The notes under the pieces were generated by a model. The model made no database searches. It was not told the DNA's origin and worked only from the letters and a program-made list of their open reading frames with translations. A program made the translations under genes and the position numbers. Of a DNA stretch of 20,000 nucleotides, positions 9,882 to 19,940 are shown in pieces; positions within the stretch are counted from its first letter, which is position 1; every line of letters starts with the position of its first letter. The stretch comes from Xylographa opegraphella. Taxonomy: Eukaryota. The DNA is taken from positions 175,560 through 195,559 of the forward strand of contig JALDZX010000042.1 of NCBI GenBank assembly GCA_022813865.1. The letters run 5' to 3'.

Positions 9882-12338
9882 ATGGCATCACATACCCGTC
9901 CCCCGTATGTACCACAAACCCCTCAGCATGTTGCGGATCTCCTCCTGAATCTCGAGGCCGGGATCAAGAAGAGCAGAGGCGGTTTCTCTTGTAAAAAGTC
10001 GACCTTCAAAGTTTCCTCGGCTCATGGCGTGACTGTGGACTCATGGCGCTTTTCGGACTGGGATTACAAGCGCGATGATTTACCAACTTATGCTCGCGGT
10101 TTTTTCACATACAGAACCAAACAAGGGACTCCTGAAATTGCAGTTAGAGGATACGATAAGTTCTTCAATGTTGGCGAAGTGAACGATACCCATTGGCGGA
10201 ACGTTGAGACCGGCACCAAAGGACCGTATGAGCTCAGCGTGAAGGAGAACGGATGCATTATATTCCTTGCAGGCCTCGAAGACGATGTACTGCTAGTGTG
10301 CAGCAAGCATTCTACGGGCCCAAGGCAGGACGCAGACCTGAGCCATGCTGTGGCAGGAGAAAAATGGGTCGACAAGCATTTGGCCGCCATTGGAAAGACG
10401 AGGCTAGATCTAGCACGAGAGTTGAGAAACAGAAATATCACCGCTGTTGCAGAGCTCTGTGACGACACGTTTGAGGAACACGTTCTTGCTTACGACGAAA
10501 AGTCAGCTGGTCTTTATATTCATGGTATGAATCTGAATCTTCCAGAATTTGTGACTTATCCAGGTCCATTGGTACATGAATTTGCGGATCAATGGGGATT
10601 CAAGAAAGCTGAGTATCTATTCAAGGACGACATAGAGACCGTCAAAACGTTTCTTGACGGTTGTGCAGAAACGGGTTCTTTTGAGGGGAAAGACACCGAG
10701 GGGTTCGTCATACGATGCCAAAAAAGCGTCGGTGGTAAGAGTGGCCCTTACGCTGATTGGTTCTTCAAATATAAGTTTGAAGAGCCATATCTATTGTACA
10801 GACAATGGCGCGAGTGTACAAAAGCCATAATTTCCGGAAGGGTTCCAAAGTACAAAAAGCACAAGAAGATCACAGAAGAATATCTGCTATACGCACGACG
10901 TCAACTTGCACAGAATCCGCAACTTGGAAAGGCATATAACGCTAATCATGGTATAATTAAAATGAGGGATGGGTTTCTGCAGGAACGTGGACTGAAAGCC
11001 TCCGATATCATTCGTGATGAGCGCTCCGAGGAACCGCTAACCGCTGATATCCTCCGCAATGTGGTTCTGGTTCCTATTGCCACTATTGGATGCGGCAAGA
11101 CAACTGTTGCCGTAGCCCTGACAAAGCTCTTTGGCTGGGGCCATATTCAGAATGACAACATAACTGGGCAGAAAGGGCGCCCCAAGCAATTCGCTATTCA
11201 GCTGTGCAACAGCATGGCACAGCATGCAGTCGTTATTGCGGACCGAAACAACCATCAGAAGCGAGAGCGGAAGCAAATAATTGACGATATATCCCAGGTT
11301 GTCCCCGATGTTCGATTTGTTGCACTTCATTACGTTCACGACCCAAAATCTCAAATGCTCCCCGAAATACGTAGAGTTACACGCGAAAGGGTACTGAATC
11401 GGGGGGACAATCATCAGACAATCCAGGCAGGATCGAAAGATCAGTCGGAAATAATTGGTATTATGAATGGCTTTCTGGATCGATTTGAGCCTCTTAACCC
11501 TGAGGCTGAGCCAGACAGCGGGTTCGACGAGGTAATCAACCTGGATGTTATAGAGTCCTCTCGTCATAACCTGGAAACTGTTGTCAATACCCTTCGTGCT
11601 GCCTATCCGAAGCTCATTCCGGAAGCACCTACGGCCATGGAACTCGACGAGGCAATAGCAGCGGCATTGGATGAATATCAGCCAGATATCAAGCATGATT
11701 TGAGTTTTCAATCAAAAAATAATAACAAGGGTCTCGGTGATGCACAGAGCTCCAATTGGCGTGAAAATCGGAGAATTGCTCAAGAACCAAAGTCAAAGTC
11801 GGACAAGATCGAATACTTTTGTCTTCGGGTCCCAACGACCCAAATTGTTTCAATCCTTGAATCAACATTTCGTTCGCAAGCCCCGATAGTGTCCAGATTC
11901 TATCATCAGCTGCAGCAGACTCGCCGTGTTCAGCCATCGTTTCACGTCACCCTCATTCACCGAAGTGCTATGCCTCAACATAAGGACCTCTGGCAGCGGC
12001 TCACTTCCCTACATATAGGTGCTTCGGCTTCCCAGAATCACATTGCAGAGCCAGTTTTGGGCAAATGCCGTGCCCAACTCGAAAGGGTAGTTTGGGACGA
12101 CCGGGTGATGTGCATCATTGCACGAATAGTGGATCAGCAATGGGAAAGTGTCAACACCGTCCCCCACGTGACGATCGGAACTGCTAGCCCGTCCATCAAA
12201 CCCAAAGAGAGTAACGACCTGCTATTACGGTGGTTAAACCATGGAGCAAGCGAAGAGACTGGTATTCACGATGTCTTACTCCTTGGGGAAGCTGACGTGT
12301 ATGGGGAGGTGAAGGCTGTGCTGCCCGGGACAAGGTAA
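9882..12338 (+). CDS. TRL1: Fungal tRNA ligase (ligase, polynucleotide kinase and cyclic phosphodiesterase domains), single exon
   Basis: Ligase motifs RGYDKFFN, ELSVKENGCII (motif I Lys) and EGFVIR; kinase P-loop IATIGCGKTT and ADRNNH; 2H phosphodiesterase motifs FHVTL and PHVTIG. First in-frame ATG at 9882. Confidence 0.96.
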   Translation: MASHTRPPYVPQTPQHVADLLLNLEAGIKKSRGGFSCKKSTFKVSSAHGVTVDSWRFSDWDYKRDDLPTYARGFFTYRTKQGTPEIAVRGYDKFFNVGEVNDTHWRNVETGTKGPYELSVKENGCIIFLAGLEDDVLLVCSKHSTGPRQDADLSHAVAGEKWVDKHLAAIGKTRLDLARELRNRNITAVAELCDDTFEEHVLAYDEKSAGLYIHGMNLNLPEFVTYPGPLVHEFADQWGFKKAEYLFKDDIETVKTFLDGCAETGSFEGKDTEGFVIRCQKSVGGKSGPYADWFFKYKFEEPYLLYRQWRECTKAIISGRVPKYKKHKKITEEYLLYARRQLAQNPQLGKAYNANHGIIKMRDGFLQERGLKASDIIRDERSEEPLTADILRNVVLVPIATIGCGKTTVAVALTKLFGWGHIQNDNITGQKGRPKQFAIQLCNSMAQHAVVIADRNNHQKRERKQIIDDISQVVPDVRFVALHYVHDPKSQMLPEIRRVTRERVLNRGDNHQTIQAGSKDQSEIIGIMNGFLDRFEPLNPEAEPDSGFDEVINLDVIESSRHNLETVVNTLRAAYPKLIPEAPTAMELDEAIAAALDEYQPDIKHDLSFQSKNNNKGLGDAQSSNWRENRRIAQEPKSKSDKIEYFCLRVPTTQIVSILESTFRSQAPIVSRFYHQLQQTRRVQPSFHVTLIHRSAMPQHKDLWQRLTSLHIGASASQNHIAEPVLGKCRAQLERVVWDDRVMCIIARIVDQQWESVNTVPHVTIGTASPSIKPKESNDLLLRWLNHGASEETGIHDVLLLGEADVYGEVKAVLPGTR

Positions 12339-12596
12339 TTGGGTGATGGAAGACTGGTTCATGGAAAGACCTAGTGGAATGCCATTATGATAGATGACGT
12401 GTATGATACAAAAGTTGGGGTTAAAAAAGTTTATGCTTGATTGATAGCTTGGTTCGTGTAGAATAGGTCCTGATTCGTCCCTGGAAATACCGCGTTGATC
12501 GCACTCATAGTCAATTCTTGATAATTCAGTATCTTCAGGTTTGATAAAATCCTTTTTCACCCAATTGTTGCAACCTGTACCCCCCTTCAGCACCAA

Positions 12597-14427
12597 ATGG
12601 GTACCGTGCCCTTGTCTGTAATGCCGGCAGAGGAAATCCTGGAGCATTACCTCGAAGACTACGAGACTCTGACTCGAAGCGATGCCTGGAGTCTCTACGT
12701 CTCCCATGCGCTGTCCACATGGAATGCGAGATCATACGAGTTCGCTGCAGTAGGCAGAATCGTGGCTGATGTGATATGTTGCTGATTTCGTGACAGATTC
12801 TCTTCACAGCAGCAGCATTTCCCAACACTCTTCTTGCATCTTCTGTCAGGTTGGGTCACTCACGCAGAGTGGTAAATTGCTTCGTAGCTAGAGTCTTACA
12901 TATCACAGAGGTCTTTGCAATACAATCGCTGCACTATGCCTCTCTTCGTGGATCGGCATACAGATCGACGAGTCCCATTCCAGACTCCACACCCTTCTGC
13001 TTACCATTTCAACTAACAGGGCATCTGTGATACTGGCTTGCTTTGGATGGTATTTACTTCTGAGGCTTGGAAGTCCGACAAGCCCTTCAAGCTCTTTAGA
13101 ACTTACGGCATCACGACCCGCAACGAGTCCAGAGCATGTGTTGTCATGGTGGCTCTTCGCCTTAGTGATCGTGCTTGGTATCCTCGAAAAGCTCAGTGGT
13201 ATTGGCAACATGATCTGCATGGAAAGAGACTGGGTCCCTACCCTGGCGACTACCTCCAGTGAAGATATACAGCACAAATTCCCCCTCACCCACCTCAATG
13301 CGGTAATGCGCCGGATTGACCTGCTGTGCAAGCTAATATCGCCACTCATTATCTCAGTGGTAATTATAGTCACCTCTACACCTGGGGGCATTGTGCTTGT
13401 GGGCCTCATGAGTACCATAAGCTGGATTGTAGAAGTCTACTGTGCACGGCGAGTCTGGAATTCATGTGGCCGTCTTCGAAAACGGGAAGTGGAGCAGCTG
13501 AATGTGGCCGCCGGAGGAACATCGTTCAGAAGTAAACTCAAAAGCAATTATCGGATGCTGAATGGTTGCTTGAAACAGTGGTCCCAGATTGCGGACTATT
13601 TCTCTACTGATGTCTGGGTTCCGTCACTATCGCTTGCACTACTACATGTTTCTGCGCTGTCTTACTCTGCAACATTTGTCACATTTTGCTTGAACAGTGG
13701 GTTCTCTTTGTTGGTCATAACAATTGCAAGAGCCGCGGGAAGTGTCGTCGAGGTCTCAAGCACTTTCATTACCCCTATTGGTGTCAACCGTCTCGCTACT
13801 TCTAAAGGGAATTGTGACCAGACAGAGGATGACCAAGGACTTCTGGATAGCATTGACCCGAGGAAGCTAAAGGAGCACTCCATAGGTCTGGCACGCAGCG
13901 GTCTTTGGGGCATTATTTTGCAGCTTGTGACTTTGGTCAGCCCAGGCCCTCAGCTTGTTTGCTGTTGCTGACACCTTCAGGTACCGGTCGTGTGTGCGAC
14001 ATGGTACCTCACGGGCCACGAATCTCCAGGCCATCTTGATATCTTGTCCCGCTTCCTGCCTTTAGCCTCTCCGTTCGCCTCGCGCCTATTTCCCGCTGTG
14101 GTCATGTTCACCTTCCTGTCACTCTCTCGCCTTGGGCTTTGGGTCTTTGACCTCACAACCCAAGAGATTACACAGACGGGAGTCCAAAGCCGAATACGAT
14201 CGTCCTTCGCAGGGATCGAAATGGCATTCGTGTCGTTCTTCGAGCTGAGCCAGTGGCTTCTTGCAGCTGTTGTTTCACGTCCGGAGCAATTCCACTGGCT
14301 GGCTCTGGGTAGCCTTGGAGCGGTGCTGTGCTCGACTTGCATGTATGCGTGCTGGGTCAGGGGACAGCGAGGCCATTTGACGCACTGGGATCGGCTGGGG
14401 CAGGCTTGCTATCGCGCGAAGGCTTAG
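12597..14427 (+). CDS. FPN1: Ferroportin-family (FPN1/SLC40A1-like) iron-regulated transporter, ~559 aa; exons 12597-12749, 12797-12849, 12909-13935, 13981-14427
   Basis: Spliced frame LYVSHALSTWNARSYEFAA/ILFTAAAFPNTLLASSVR/G... with family-type motifs MERDWVP, LNAVMRRIDLLCKLISP and LSRLGLWVFDLTTQEITQ, plus many hydrophobic helices. Alternative ATG at 12621. Confidence 0.88.
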
Positions 14428-15260
14428 GGCTGACTTGATCAGGTCAGCTGCGGTCTTGACTTTTGAGAGGTGATACCTTGATTTAATTCTTGAATGTCGT
14501 ATGAACGGGCCCCGAAAGTCCTGAGGCAGAACTGGAAGGGGGCCCAGCGGAAGAAGTATAAGATTCTCGGGCATTCAATGCTTTACAGGCCGTCGTACAT
14601 ATTTTCCCGCTGTCAAGGCCGCCAGCATCCCAAGGTAGCCTCCGTGAAGGATGTGTGACGAAGACGAGCCGCAGCGAGCGATCGCGTGTCTGACCTGGTC
14701 CCGACGTATTCGCCGAATGAACTTGGGAACGGCTTCCTCCAGAGGCTTCGGCTCAACCGCCGAGAAACGCAGACCTGCTGGTCTATTGATGGCGATGCGC
14801 CCTTGGAGCTGAGGCCGTGTTTATCGACAGTCTAGGAATATTGCTCTGTTGATGATGTTTGTCACGACTCCAGGACAAATGAACATTCGTATCACTGTAC
14901 GAACCAAAAACAGAATCGAAGTTTTAATACACTTTACAATTCCAACAAGCAAAGGTTATCATTAGGTATTCGATTGTCATTCTACCGGAATCATAAGTTC
15001 GTTATTTCATGTCTCGAGCGGCCCAGCAAACGTAGCCAGTGCATGCAAGCATTCATCAAACACGCCAGTCTTCAGTATAGTATAGCAGCATGGGCAGCAT
15101 GGCTTCCGCAGCATCCTTTGGCCCTACCTTTCGAGCGAAAAATGTCTCTGATCTCTCCATGGCAGTTGCCTTATATCTCCCTTCTCTCCATGCTCCCCAT
15201 ACCATCAGGTACGCATGCCTATCGGTCCAATCATGTGCCTCTCAAGCCGTGATTGCGGGT

Positions 15261-17042
15261 TCAGTATCTCATGGGTGGCAGTCCCATCGGAGGAGGAGGC
15301 AGCCCACCCGCAGAGTACGGGTTGCCATCGTTGTATCTCGGACCATAAGTATCGATATATCTTCGGTTCAAGTCTGGCTCCGAGTTGCGGTAACTCCCCG
15401 CTCCCCCGTGCTGGAGGCGTTCCTGCTTCGCACGCCGTTTCTGCCTCTTCTCATCAAGCTCTTCGCACGTTTTGTGGTACTCTTCGCGCTGTTCCTTCAT
15501 CTCTTTCCATTCACTATAAGCACCCTTGATTCCAAGTGCGGCAATCCCAACACTGGCGGCGTCTTGAAGGTAACCTTTCCTCTTGAGCTTCTCCTCTTCC
15601 TCCTTGCTAATCTTGCCTGCTGCGAACTGTTCCTTGCGCTTCTCACGCTTCTCTCTAGTTTGATAAATACTATGGGCAGCGTGAATGGTCGCAACCGTAG
15701 CCAAGCCTGCCGTGACCAACTCCTTCGTGTGCATTTTCTTTTGCTTCTTGATCTCTTCGTCCGACGAGTAGTCCGTCGAACTGTCGTGCTCTCGGTACTC
15801 TTCCCCACCACCGCCACGCGGACGAGGAGCATAGCCATCATCATACCCTCGTGGACTCTGACGTGAGACCCGATCGTCATATCCTCTTCGACTGCGGTCA
15901 TTCTCTCGACGCTCCTTGCGTTCCTTGTCCTCGCTGGTGTCGATACCGATGGCTGCCTTGCCCTTGTCGAGCCCTCGAGTGATGAAGGCTGACACGCTAT
16001 TGCTCCGTCTCCGTGGGGGACTGCGACTGTCATCCGAGTCATACCCTCGACCCCGGTCTTTAGACTTGTTCCGGTAGTTATTGAGCGCTTGGCCTGCGAG
16101 AGCCGCAAGACCACCAGCAGCCGCAAGGCCACCGAGACCGGGTCCGTTGTCGTCCTTTCGACCGTTGCGTCCCCGAGATCTTGACCTCGATCGTGCTCCG
16201 TTGATCAAGCGGTTGCCCGCTAAGCCTCCCAGAGCAGCTTCAATGGTGTGTCGAGTGCTGTGGTGACCTGGATCCTTGTCAATCGCTCCATCAATGCCTG
16301 CGGCCCCGATCGCAGCCGTCAACACCCGTTTGCCCTGAGCGGCAAAACCTCCGGGCTCATTGCGCGACCGAAAGGCTTCCACTGCTCCTGCGGCCAACGC
16401 TGCCTTGACAGCCTGCTGGATTTTCTTCGACCCGTCATCAGAGCGAGACCGCGATCGTGAGCGGGAGTCTCCACGACCGCTGCGACTTCGAGCTCGTTCC
16501 CGATGCCCTCTGGACGATGCGGCACCAGCGGCGCCTCCAAGCCCTAGCGCTGCGAGGGCCTGCTCACCAAGGGACTTACGACGTTGCCGGGGTGGACTTT
16601 CCGACTCCGAATCGGAATCATAGCGGCTACGTCTGCTCGCTGTACCGCCGTGCTTGAGTCAGCAGTTATCAACATCGTAGACTCGGCAGATGTTACCTCT
16701 ATCATCGCGCCGGCCGCTCCGCCTTCCGCCTTCGGACCGCCTCGAGTTGCCATAACGGTCATCATTGTATGAATGCTCGACCGAGCGCGCACGTGGGGCG
16801 CCGTACTTGTCGCGAACAGTGGTGCGACGGTAGACATTCGCACCCTCGCCTGGAGCGAAGTCACGTCGGACTTCCTCCACGGACGAGACACTATCGTCAC
16901 GCGGCCGTCTCACCAGGTCCATCTGGCGCTGAGGTCGGCTGCTCCGGGTCTCGATGACTTCGTCCTCTTCATAGACAGGACGACGGGACTGGTGATGTGA
17001 TCTGTGCCGCCTGGGCGGATCGTCATCGTAGTAACTTCCCAT
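15261..17042 (-). CDS. DUF3824-type fungal RS/D-rich protein, ~574 aa; exons 17042-16697, 16639-15261
   Basis: A GTAACA...CTGAC...CAG intron at 16696-16640 joins the 127-aa ORF in frame to the upstream extension of the 378-aa ORF. Characteristic blocks RRKSLGEQALAALGLG, IQQAVKAALAAGAVEAFR, KELVTAGLATVATIHAAH and LQDAASVGIAALGIKGAYSEWKE. Confidence 0.8.
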
Positions 17043-18243
17043 GCTTGCTTCTTGCTGGTTCGCACGTGCAGGATAAGGCCGTAAGACGCTCGAGCGTTCG
17101 TGCTAGTCAATGTGTGGAGCAGACGAGGTCAATGCACTTCGAGTTCGGCGACTGCAATGTGAATCGAGGCTTCTGGTGAATTCCTCGAACGTGATCGAGA
17201 GTCGTGACCGAGCAGTGTTGGTCGAATGCGGCGGAGTATGATCTGGGTTTCTGGGATTTCTGGTCGCGAAAGATTGTCGGCTGGGTTTTGTTTTATGGCA
17301 GCGCAGCGAGGGTTCGGCCGAGTGTTGGGGTTGGTTTGATAGCTGCAGCGCTCCGTGTTAGGGATGTCACAGACTAGAATAGAAGCGGGGAAGCGATGTC
17401 AAGCACGAGTGAATGGAAAGAAAGAGCACGTTGGAGGTTGAGGGTGTCCACAATATTCATTACAATCGTTGGTCTTTTGGAAGGAGAAAGAAAGGCGTCG
17501 GGCGGATCGGAAGAGGAAGAGGAAGAAGGCAGGGAAGAGTGATGTGACTTGGCACAGGCGCATGTGGCTGGAGCGAGAGAGAGAGGGCACGTCACCGGTA
17601 CTGCACCCGTGGACCGGCTAAGGTAGCGTGTGGTGGGTGATCGGAGCTTCAATCGAATTCACCTCCGTTCCACTTCAACTCGATCAGGAATGAATTGCCA
17701 ATTATGGCGCAGAACATGGCTGCCTCAGCATGTTGACCCGCTGTGATGTGACACACGCGCCGCAGTGATTCCTCAGATACGGAGCATCGGTTCTGTGAGT
17801 TTCGGTGGAGACAAGGCCTGATACTCCACCCCGTGTCGCCCGTGCCTCCGTGCTCCGACACGCACCGAAAAGCCCCGCCCCGCCACTAAAAAGGCTTGTT
17901 TCTCCCCGCGACGCCCCGCTCATTCGGGCGACGGATGGCCTGTGACTGAAGCCCTTCGCTCCGTTGGCCCAATCTTCTCCTCCGTGCACGCTGCAGTGAA
18001 TCGCGAGCACGAAGCAGTCCCAGCCGACCACGGACTCCACACTTGCGAAGAGCGGCGGACATTCGAATACTTAAGCACGAGGATGGCCCAGCTTTCCTCC
18101 ACCACGATGAGGCCGACCCTAAAGAGAAACGTGGCGGCGTCGACAACGTCATCAATCTCAACTGTTCATGTTCGAGAGCTCGATGGCTTCTTCGTTGGGC
18201 TTGCAATACTTGACCGCAACAAACTGGACCATCTCTTTCTGTG

Positions 18244-19386
18244 ATGTCCTTCAACAATACCAACACCGACATCCTCGTGGTATGCTCCATTTCACGTCTT
18301 CACAATCGGTGTGCTGACACGCAGCTCTAGGCCGGTGCCTTTGCTGCATTCTCCGTTGACCTCTTAGTGTATCCGCTCGATACCATCAAGACCCGCGTCC
18401 AGTCCCCTGACTACAAACGCCTGTATACAAATGCTTCCACAAACACCATCAACCGATCCTTGTTCCGAGGGTTGTATCAAGGTATTGGCAGTGTCGTCAT
18501 CGCAACGGTCCCGTCATGTAAGAGAGGCAGCTCCATTGATTCCTGTCAACAACCCACTGACTTCGAGTGATAAGCGGGCGCTTTCTTCACCACATACGAG
18601 GGGACCAAAAGCCTCCTGCATCGCCTCAATCCTTCGGTTGGCACAAACGGCTCACCGATGATCCCCACGCCATTCATTCATTCCGCCGCTTCGTCCGTCG
18701 CGGAGCTGGTCTCTTGCTTCATCTTGACGCCCGCCGAGGTCCTGAAGCAAAATGCACAGGTGGTGCAAAAATCGGCATCTGCCTCAACGCAAGCCTTCGA
18801 CGGCAACGCAACCATCCAGGCCATACGGAAGTTCAATAAGCCAAGCCAGTTGTGGAGAGGTTACACCACCCTCGCGGCAAGGAATTTGCCCTTCACCGCC
18901 ATGCAATTCCCCATGTTCGAGCACCTGAAACAGTCGATCCTATCCTACCGACAGCAGCACGGGCTGGCTCGCTGGACTCTGCTGGAGAAAGGCCTGATCA
19001 CCGCTCTCTCCGCTGGTACTGCAGGCTCAATCGCGGCTGTCATCACGACCCCAGTTGACGTGGTGAAGACACGGATCATGCTGAGCGCGGCCGTCGAGAA
19101 GGGTGTGGAATGTGGTCGGGGCACGCAAGCGCGGACGCAAGCCGAAACCCAAGGCAAGGATGGTAACGTCGAATGGAAAAAGGCTCAGCGCACAGCACCG
19201 GCTGGTCGATCCGGAGGCCTCGCGGTCGGCCAAGAGATACTGCGAACCGAGGGTCTCAAAGGCTTGTTCCGAGGAGGTAGCCTCCGAGCTGTCTGGACCG
19301 CGCTGGGAAGCGGGTTGTATCTGGGTGTTTACGAGACCGGCCGCACTTATCTGGAGGAACGAAGGGACACGGAGAGGGTCATTTAA
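18244..19386 (+). CDS. Mitochondrial carrier protein (SLC25), S-adenosylmethionine carrier (SAM5/PET8)-like; exons 18244-18279, 18331-18517, 18575-19386
   Basis: Spliced MSFNNTNTDILV/AGAFAAFSVDLLVYPLDTIKTRVQS...VPS/SGAFFTTYEG..., with signatures PLDTIK, PAEVLKQ and PVDVVKTR, and RNLPFTAMQFPMFE resembling SAM-carrier helix 4. The substrate is inferred only. Confidence 0.85.
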
Positions 19387-19574
19387 TACTGAGTTACGAT
19401 CGATCATATTGACTTTATACACCACTTTGTCCTACTTGACCTGCTTCCCGTACATATTCTCACTGCTATCTTCGTGAATCGTGACCGTTCGCAGTTTATC
19501 AGTTACATTCAGTCAGATCTTTGGTTTTTGTACATATGCATTATGAATATTTGTTCGAGTCGAAAGGATACTGA

Positions 19575-19850
19575 GGCCTTGTATACATTATATATGAAAG
19601 AGTAGATCTGAAGCAGACCACGGCGCTTGCGCCGAAACTGGCGGTGCTGGCCCTGATAGCAATGAGAGTCTGCTATCAATTAAACAAAAAATTGCATACC
19701 TATAATAACTGGCCGATGTCATTGTGGTTTGTGGAGAGTTTCCTGTTAAACCTTGAATACCGAGTGGGCACCCTACGAGCCCAGCACACTGCAGCTGAAC
19801 GGGAACGATTAGTGGCAGAGTTTAACGACTTCAATTCGTTCATCCAGGTT
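19575..19850 (+). pseudogene. Truncated fragment of an SNF2-like (SF2) helicase C-terminal domain, broken by the telomere
   Basis: Stop-free frame after the TGA at 19572: GLVYIIYERVDLKQTTALAPKLAVLALIAMRVCYQLNKKLHTYNNWPMSLWFVESFLLNLEYRVGTLRAQHTAAERERLVAEFNDFNSFIQV. The order PKL...K-(motif IV-like)-W...ER..LV..FN....IQV follows the HELICc layout of SNF2 proteins and ends just before motif V. Recognised by eye. Confidence 0.7.
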
Positions 19851-19940
19851 CAGGTTCAGGTTCAGGTTCAGGTTCAGGTTCAGGTTCAGGTTCAGGTTCA
19901 GGTTCAGGTTCAGGTTCAGGTTCAGGTTCAGGTTCAGGTT
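19845..19940 (+). repeat. Perfect (CAGGTT)16 array, equivalent to a TTCAGG variant telomere-like repeat
   Basis: Directly visible: 96 bp, 16 perfect CAGGTT units (15 full TTCAGG units at 19849-19938). Confidence 0.97.

Noticed and set aside
11037..11937. 224-aa and 82-aa minus-strand ORFs
   Set aside because: Antisense shadows of TRL1.
14659..14835. ATG-less open frame (…VSDLVPTYSPNELGNGFLQRLRLNRRETQTCWSIDGDAPLELRPCLSTV) between convergent genes
   Set aside because: It is short, has no start or convincing splice partner and no recognisable motif. I cannot support a gene or ncRNA here without a search.
15090..15866. 258-aa plus-strand ORF and other overlapping ORFs (e.g. 15497-16132, 16544-16900)
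   Set aside because: These are antisense or alternate-frame shadows of the GC-rich, low-complexity DUF3824-type gene, with no recognisable domain.
17374..18290. Several 60-134 aa ORFs in the 1.2-kb intergenic region, also considered as a possible telomerase RNA locus
   Set aside because: The ORFs have no recognisable motifs, and the purine/pyrimidine tract near 17480-17590 fits an ordinary promoter or leader. I found no template-like TAACCCTAA or AACCTGAACC segment.
7427..19386. Two mitochondrial carrier genes in one window, considered as a possible functional cluster or duplication
   Set aside because: They belong to different subfamilies with different intron patterns and lie 10 kb apart. 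The family is large, so co-occurrence is unremarkable.
19621..19678. Inverted repeats CGGCGC-TT-GCGCCG (19621-19634) and TGATAGCA-N9-TGCTATCA (19654-19678) near the telomere
   Set aside because: The stems are short and lie inside the helicase-like coding relic. They are compatible with chance, and no transposon termini or target duplication are visible.
19830..19844. TTCAA-TTCG-TTCA-TC just before the array, resembling decayed TTCAGG units
   Set aside because: These bases are equally explained as the codons F-N-S-F-I of the helicase-like frame, so they are not counted as part of the repeat.
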